Below are positions 56,111 through 64,000 of a stretch of 64,000 nucleotides of DNA, piece by piece; position 1 is the first letter of the stretch; each line of letters opens with the position of its first letter. The notes below the pieces were generated by a model. That model was not told where the DNA came from, searched no databases, and saw nothing but the letters and a program-made list of their open reading frames with translations. The stretch comes from the human T2T-CHM13v2.0 reference genome, Homo sapiens. The stretch lies in assembly GCF_009914755.1 (NCBI RefSeq), contig NC_060937.1; one strand, given 5' to 3'. A program made the translations under genes and the position numbers.

Positions 56111-57480
56111 TCTAGTGTTCTATAAGATAATTATGATTTATGTGCCTAGAAAACTCTTTACCTTTTTAAGTCCATAGAATTCACATAATTTATGTTGTTG
56201 GCCTGACATTAGATAAATTCACATTAAAACCGTTTTGGTACAAATTTAATAAAGACCGTTAAATACATTACGTTGATTGAGTCCAAGGCAAAGTCTATGC
56301 TCCAAAATTATTGAACGATTATTATTAACCCAATTAAAGATTTATTTTGCTTATTTTAATTTGAACTATGTTCAAGTTTCTCTTTCATGCAAACTTATTA
56401 AAACACTTTAGTTCTAAGGTAAATAGGAGTCATTGACTTATTTTTTGTTTGTTTTGTAATTTAGACTTACCTCTCTTTGAAAACAGAAGATTGAGACTGA
56501 TTTATTGGTATGGATAATACAAAAGCAAACTACTCAATTCCTCCACATCTTAGGGGATTGGCTTTGGATTAGAGGTGCCAGAAGGTCGGTATACAATTTC
56601 TGTAAGGTTATTATTCTAAACATATTTTTGGATGATTATTGTGTGTTAGGTGCTGAGACAGATATAAGGATAAATGAAGAATTTTTTCCCTTGTACAATA
56701 CAGTAATTTTTGAATTCCAGCTGTTATTAGTACTTGTGTATGTCTCTAACAGAAGTCACCTCTCGTTCTGTACATATTTCTGAAACTCACTCACCACTGA
56801 TAAATTAACAGTAAGCACTTGATATTCCTTCTGCCCTGGAAGTTTTCCATGCTAGCCAGCAGGCTACTACTAATAATTTTCCATTCTCCATCTTTCAAAC
56901 TTAATGAAAGAATGATGAGTGTTTTCCAGGATTTGCCCTTACCACCTGATATCTTCTGGTAAAAGCCACTTTTAATTCATTTTCTTTGTCTATTTCTTTT
57001 TCTTCTCCTCCTGCTTTCCCCCTCTTTCTTTTTATTCTTTTTGTCAAGATGTTCAATTTATTATAGCTATTAAAATAATATAACTATTTCCTCCTAGGGA
57101 TATCAGCAAAAGAGAAACAGAAAGAGATGGTTAGGGAAAATAACTATACATGTTACATAAAATTAAAATTTTTTGTAAATGACTACTTTTATTATTTACT
57201 GTTATATGAAATGAAACAACAATTTTAATTACCATGCCTTTTAGGCTATGGATAACATGTTGGAGTTTGCTGAAAAAGAATGATCTAAACTAAAAAATTA
57301 GCTATCTTCTGTATTGTCATTTTCAAACTAAAAGTAATCTTTATTTTTAGTTTAGAATTTTGCATTAAACTTTAAAAATGTGATATTTATCATCTATCAC
57401 AGAATATTTCAAATTAATGTTTCTTAATATAAACCAGTGAAGTGATAGAATATTTCAAGTTATTTATGCTTTTTTGTTTT

Positions 57481-57604
57481 CACCAGGAACCAGATTGTGA
57501 GGCTTCTTGATCTGGAACTCCCTAGACTCTGGAACTGTGAGAAATAATATCTCTTGTTTAAGCCATCAGTCTATGATATTTTGTAGCCTTAGGAGACTAA
57601 TACA
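57481..57604 (+). mobile_element. MLT1 LTR 3' fragment
   Basis: GAACTGTGAGAAATAA..TGTTTAAGCCA..GACTAATACA. Confidence 0.7.
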
Positions 57605-57755
57605 GTTGGGATATAGGCAATGGAGACCAGAGGAGAACATTCTATTTAATCTGAATGAATTTTTCAGTAATATTAAATCCTCAAACTCATAAATACTTAA
57701 AATGTGCTAGATTCTGATTACTTAGTTATTAGGTAATTTAATAATTATAACCACC

Positions 57756-58211
57756 ATATTTTAGTTTTCCAGGACTGTATAACAAATCGCCACAAACCGT
57801 GTGGCTTATACCAATAGAAAATTATTTTCTCACTGTTTGGGAAGGTGGACATTTGAAATCAAGGTATAAGCAGAGATGTCTTCTCTCGAAGATTCTAGGA
57901 GTGAATCTATCTCATACCTTTCTCTTAGTTACAGTATCACCATCAGTCTCTGGCAGTCCTTGACTTGCAGCTGCATGAGTCCAGTCCCTGCCTCCATTGT
58001 CCCATGATATTCTCTCTGTGCATCTCAGTCTTCACATGATGTTTTCTGTTTTTATAGGGACAGCAGTCATGATGAGTTATAACCTGCATTAATGACCACA
58101 TCTTTATTGATTATATCTGCAAAGCTTATTTTTAAGTAAAGTCATATTCACAGATACTGAAAACTGAGACTCCAACATAACTTGTTGGAGGACACAATTC
58201 AACCCATAACA
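57756..58211 (-). mobile_element. MLT1C-like MaLR LTR
   Basis: TAACAAATCGCCACAAAC..GAAATCAAGG..GGACACAATTCAACCCATAACA. Confidence 0.8.
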
Positions 58212-58239
58212 CAGACTATGAGAGAAAAATATTTTTAAA

Positions 58240-58370
58240 AACAATTGTTATTATCTACATTTTATAGATGAGGAAATTTGGGTCTTGAGCACTTAAATGA
58301 TTTACCAGGGTCAGATAATTAGTAAGTGGCAAAGCTATACTTTGAAGCCAGAAAGCTGGGCTAGAAATTT
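58240..58370 (-). mobile_element. MIR
   Basis: ATTTTATAGATGAGGAAA..TAGTAAGTGGCAAAGC. Confidence 0.75.
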
Positions 58371-59419
58371 ATTGTCTTAGTCTTGAGCCATATCCCAGAA
58401 AGTATAAAACATATGTTCATATGATAATATTAAATTTTCATCCTTTGCCTCTCCTTTTAATCTAGGCAAAATAAGTTCCATAAATTGCAGTGAAAATGAA
58501 CTGGAATAAACATCCTTAAACAGAAATATGCACTTAAACACAAATATGGGTTGTGGAAGTATATTTAAAAAAACATACTTTCCCTCCAAACTAAAAACAA
58601 CCTTTGCAAGTATAGTCAGCTTGGAACTCAAATACCAAGGAACAGAGCCTGATGACTTTGAACAGTACTGTTGTCTCTTATTTTACACTTTGACAATCGG
58701 TCATCGAACACTGCCCATAATTTACCAGTGTTGGTGCGACATATTTCAGCAGTTTGAAATGATTTGTATCAGTTTCAGGAAATCAAATAGAAATGTTGTA
58801 TATTCTTCCCCATGAAATATACTTCCATGTATGGGATTTTATTTTAATCATGCTGGAGGAAGATGTTTTTGTCAGCATTTTTTCTTTGAAATTGGTAAAT
58901 AACAATAAAAATATATTTTTAAAAATGTATACTGCGTTCAAATTCAACAGATACATAGTGAACACAAAGAAGGGGTATTTATACACAATGCACAAGCTTC
59001 ATGAAGGCAGGTTTATGTTGATTTATATATATCTATACCTCCAATGCCTAGCATATTGCCTGAGGAAAAATCTATTATTTGCATGAGTGAAAGATAGATA
59101 CTGTTCCTTCTCTTCACGAGCTCTGATTTTAAAAATCAAGGTAGATTATTTATAAATAGGGGTAGACTAAATAACAAATAAATATAATATAATTCAGAAT
59201 ATTATTATGAGATGGTGGAGAAATAGCAATGTTTTTTAAAAACCCAGAAAAAGAATAGTTCACATCCATATGAGAAAAAGTTAAAGTTTAGAAAGTTTAG
59301 CTATAATTTGAAAGTAAGGGAGTAATACGAAGGCTGAGGAAAAATAAGTTCTTTGAATCTCTTAGGCACAAATATTTGTAAAATTTTTAAATCATGCTAC
59401 CTGCACCCATGTCTGCACA

Positions 59420-60545
59420 TCCCATCCATCAGCAAAATCTTCTGATTTGCTGATCATATCCCACCTCTTTCTCTGCAACTACCTGAGTCCAAGACACCAT
59501 CATCTCTCACCTACATTATTGAAATAGCTCTCTAACCCATTCTTCTATTTTCATTCTTGCCTTCATTCATCTATTCTGAATATAGCAGCTAAAATGATTC
59601 TCTTCTAGGATTTCAGATAGATTGTATCATTTCCCTACTCAGCTCTCCAGTGGCTTTTCATCACATTTAGGTTAAAAGCCAGTTCTTATAATAGCCTACA
59701 AAGCCTTCTGACCTTTCCTTCTTTTTGCTTGGCTATTCCATTCCAGTCATACTGATCTCAGTATTTCTCAAAGGGTATAGGAATGGTCCTACTTCAAAAT
59801 TTTTGCACTTGTTCTCTCTTCCTATTTTATTTTTTTCTGAAAAACATCTGCTCCATTTGACCACTCAGTTTTTCCAAGAGTCCAATAAATGTCTCCTTCT
59901 ATGTGTGCCTTTTCTGGCTATCCTATATATACATATTTATCTTATACATACATTTATGGTTTTATTTAGTCTTCATCATCACCTCATCATCTAATTATAT
60001 ATAATATATATTTTATATATATAATTATTATATATATAAAATATATATATATATATATTTTTTTTTTTGAGACAGAGTCTTGCTCTGTTTCCCAAGATGG
60101 AATGCAGTGGTGCCATCTTAGCTCACTGCAATCCCACCTCCTGGGCTCAAGAGGTCCTCCCACATCAGCCTCCTGAGTAGCTGGGACTACAGGAGCATGC
60201 CACCACGTCTGGCTAATTTTTCTATTTTATTTTTTGGTAGAGATGAGGTCTTGCTAACTTGCCCAGGCTAGTATTGAATCCTTGGGCTCAAGTAATCCTC
60301 CTGCTTTGGCCTCTCAAAGTGCTGGGATTTCAGGTGTGAGCCACTGCACCCAGGCTTCTAATTATATATTACCGATCCAATTTTTCTTTTTCATTTTTAT
60401 TCTGTCTTTACTGATTGGTAACCTCTATGATCCCAGGAATTTAACTCTTTGTTCACTACACTATTTCTATTTTTAAGAACTATAGCTGGAACAAATTATA
60501 TACCCAGGGATTTTTGTTTGTTTGTTTGTTTAATGAATGAGTGAC
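59420..60545 (+). mobile_element. L2 3' region split by AluJ
   Basis: CCAAGACACCATCATCTCTCACCT; CTCCAGTGGCTT; 3' tail TGAATGA. Confidence 0.7.
60003..60355 (-). mobile_element. AluJ with (TA)n-converted tail
   Basis: CTGGGCTCAAG..TCCTCCCAC AluJ signature; TSD TCTAATTATATAT-like on both sides. Confidence 0.9.
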
Positions 60546-61899
60546 TGACACTTTACATTTTGAACCTAAAAATATATTGTATTATGTATCGTATCATAAT
60601 TCAAAAAAAGGAGTTTGGAAGACACCATTTTTTTCTATTCATCTATTTTTTTCTATTCAATTGTCATTTTTTTCTTGGTATTAGAACCCTAATTTTAAAA
60701 AATGTGTTACACAATGTTATGCTTCATAGGTACCTTCCCCAGCAATCCTGCTAATCAGTAAATGACAGTTGCTTTGCCAGTAGTATGCTTAGGCATGAGA
60801 ATCTGACTCCTCTAAATAATGACTCATAAAAGGAAATCTTTTTTATGGGCTCATGAGAAAGTTTATGTTCCTAGTATTAAAAAGAGAAATGTCCTTCCTG
60901 TCTTTTTTATGTCATTGTGTGAGTATACAATCATTGATGTATGGCCATCATGAATAAAGAAGGAACAAGTCAAGGGAATTGCTGAAATGCTGCACTGAAA
61001 CCCTGATGATGTAGAAAAAGCAAAAGAACAATACAAATAAACACAAACAAATAAACAACAAAAAAAAACTATATCATTTCTGACCCTGAGCTACTTTTAA
61101 TGTGAGACAATAAAACTCTTATTCCTTCAGGCCATTTTATTTGGATTTTTTTACTGCTGACTTACTGAAACTATCTCATGTAAATTATGCCCATGGTTTA
61201 TAAAAAAGGTAATTCAGGAGGAGATCCTCATTCTATTTGTGTTGGATTTTAAATTTATGTATGTATTTTTTAGTTTATCTTTCACTTCTACCAAAATAGG
61301 ATTTAAAACAACCTACCAAGACATATATTTAATACCACAGAAGGGATATATTTGCTATATAATTTATATATATAAAAAAACAAGAAAGCAAAAATAAAGG
61401 TAATTGTAAATTACATTCTAAGATACACAACTGAATAATTAAAGCTAAGCTATTATTTATTTGTGAATTCTTAAATAGCCAAATCAGAAATAAATACAAT
61501 AAATTATGAGAAGTTCAGCATCCATATTGTGAAATTTTTCTTACAGTTATTCGGGAGAAGCACAGATGTTCCTGGTACTAAGACCCATGGAAAACAATTT
61601 TTATGATTCCTGTGAGCAGCATACTCAGCAGCACACCTAGACAATTAAAAAGTTTCTAATTACCACTTTTGCCCATCCCCATGTCACTACCTCATACAAC
61701 GCCAACATTTTATCTCGTCATTCTGACTAGATCACTGTTCTATTTTATTTCCTTGAGTCCAGGTTTACCCCCCAACACATATAATTAAATCCTATTATAG
61801 ACTGACAAGATAGTTCAGATAAAAAAGTAAAAATGTAGACGTTGTCTTAACTCTAAATTAATTTGCTGTCTAGACAGTAAATGTATGTAAGTAACATGA

Positions 61900-63065
61900 C
61901 AGGAGACTTCTGGCTTTATCTGTGAAGGATAGCTTATGGAAGATGAAAAATCTAAACCAGAACAACAGCAATAAAAAAGCAAATCTGCTAAAATACACAA
62001 TAATATTAAAAATATAAAGAAAATCTTCCGAAGAAATCATAACTTGAAGGTAGGATCCCAGAAAAATATAAACTACAGAGTTGAACCAACAATCACTGGG
62101 ACCTTTTTTTCCCTTGGAACATTTGCCAATTAATGACATGGAACAAAGGCCAATAAACCAAAAATTTGCCAAAAATGAAAGAGGATGGCAGATTTTATTC
62201 TTACAATCATACTGTGCTTGACAGACTGAGGCTGAAATGATAAGAAAGTGAAAAAAAATTAGTAGCTAAGATATCAGTGAGAAGAGAGGCTCAGCGATGT
62301 TAACTTTTCATTTAATTGTTTGCCCCCAAGTCAAGGACAGTGTAAGAGGCACTCTCACCATATGGAGGAGATAAAAATTTGAGTCCATGACACACAGAAT
62401 TGGAGTCATCCACATCTTCAGTCGTGATCCTTGGAGGGCTTTATCCTAGAAATGAAAATAAATCCTATGTACATAAACCTTAGAAAACAAAACAAAAGTT
62501 TGCAACATTACAGCACAGCCTTGAACAAGTTCATGTAATATGCCCTAACTGTATCTGTCTACAAGAGAATAGGATGATAAAAGAAGAAAAAAATCATTTA
62601 GAGCCTTGTAAAAGTTTCATAGTCAATGTCCAATGTTAAAATATCAAGGATTAAGAAGGAAAAGAAAAGTGATGAAAATAGGCCAAAAGATAACTAAGTT
62701 ATTGAAATTATCAGCAATTGACTTTAAATACAAAATGACTCACATGTCAAAAAAAAAAAGATGTAGAGAGTCATGCTAGAAAACTAAACAGGAAAAATAA
62801 AAATCAAATAAGAAATATGGGATTCAGAAAAACAAATTGAAATTAGGAACTCAGTCAATACATTTTATAGCAAATTGGAAAAGGGAACAGATTAGAGAAC
62901 TGGAGAAAGTTGATATAAAATATTCTAACCAAAGCACAGAAAGTAAAATGGTTAGAAAATATATGAAATAAGTAGGAGAGGAGAAAGTTCTAACATTAGT
63001 GTAATTGGAGTTTCAGATGAGGATGGAAGAGAACAATTTAGAAGCAAAGTTTGAAAAATAATGGA
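61900..63065 (+). mobile_element. Very old L1 (L1ME-like) 5'/ORF1 remnant
   Basis: A-rich ORF1-like motifs (TAATTGGAGTTTCAGA..TTTGAAAAATAATGG); boundaries approximate. Confidence 0.5.
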
Positions 63066-63067
63066 CA

Positions 63068-64000
<933 letters not shown>

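Noticed and set aside
58649-58760. Box C/D snoRNA (TGATGA present)
   Set aside because: No suitably placed D box with a terminal stem.
60712-61170. Possible MLT1J/K LTR
   Set aside because: Too degraded to set boundaries or family with confidence.

Overview
This window is AT-rich primate genomic DNA, almost certainly human because it carries an undecayed AluYa5. It is intergenic or deep-intronic and consists mostly of transposable-element fossils. I found no host protein-coding exon, RNA gene or CRISPR-type system; every interpretable ORF in the track is a LINE-1, Alu or ERV remnant or low-complexity noise. Main contents: about 10 Alus (most with readable target-site duplications, TSDs), several L1s (including a 5'-intact but 3'-deleted L1PA7/8-like copy), a 2.7-kb two-LTR non-autonomous ERV1 provirus, an ancient MLT2/ERVL provirus, solo LTRs (LTR7B, LTR10F, LTR47, MER21, MaLRs), DNA transposons (Tigger1, MER47A, MER58A, MADE1), MIRs and L2s. 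The most notable items are an LTR10F with a 10-site AP-1 tandem array, a probably polymorphic 5'-truncated AluYa5 in a triple nest, and an unexplained 151-bp near-perfect hairpin at 44929-45079. I do not see evidence for a new biological system. Subfamily names are recalled from consensus sequences and need RepeatMasker/Dfam confirmation.
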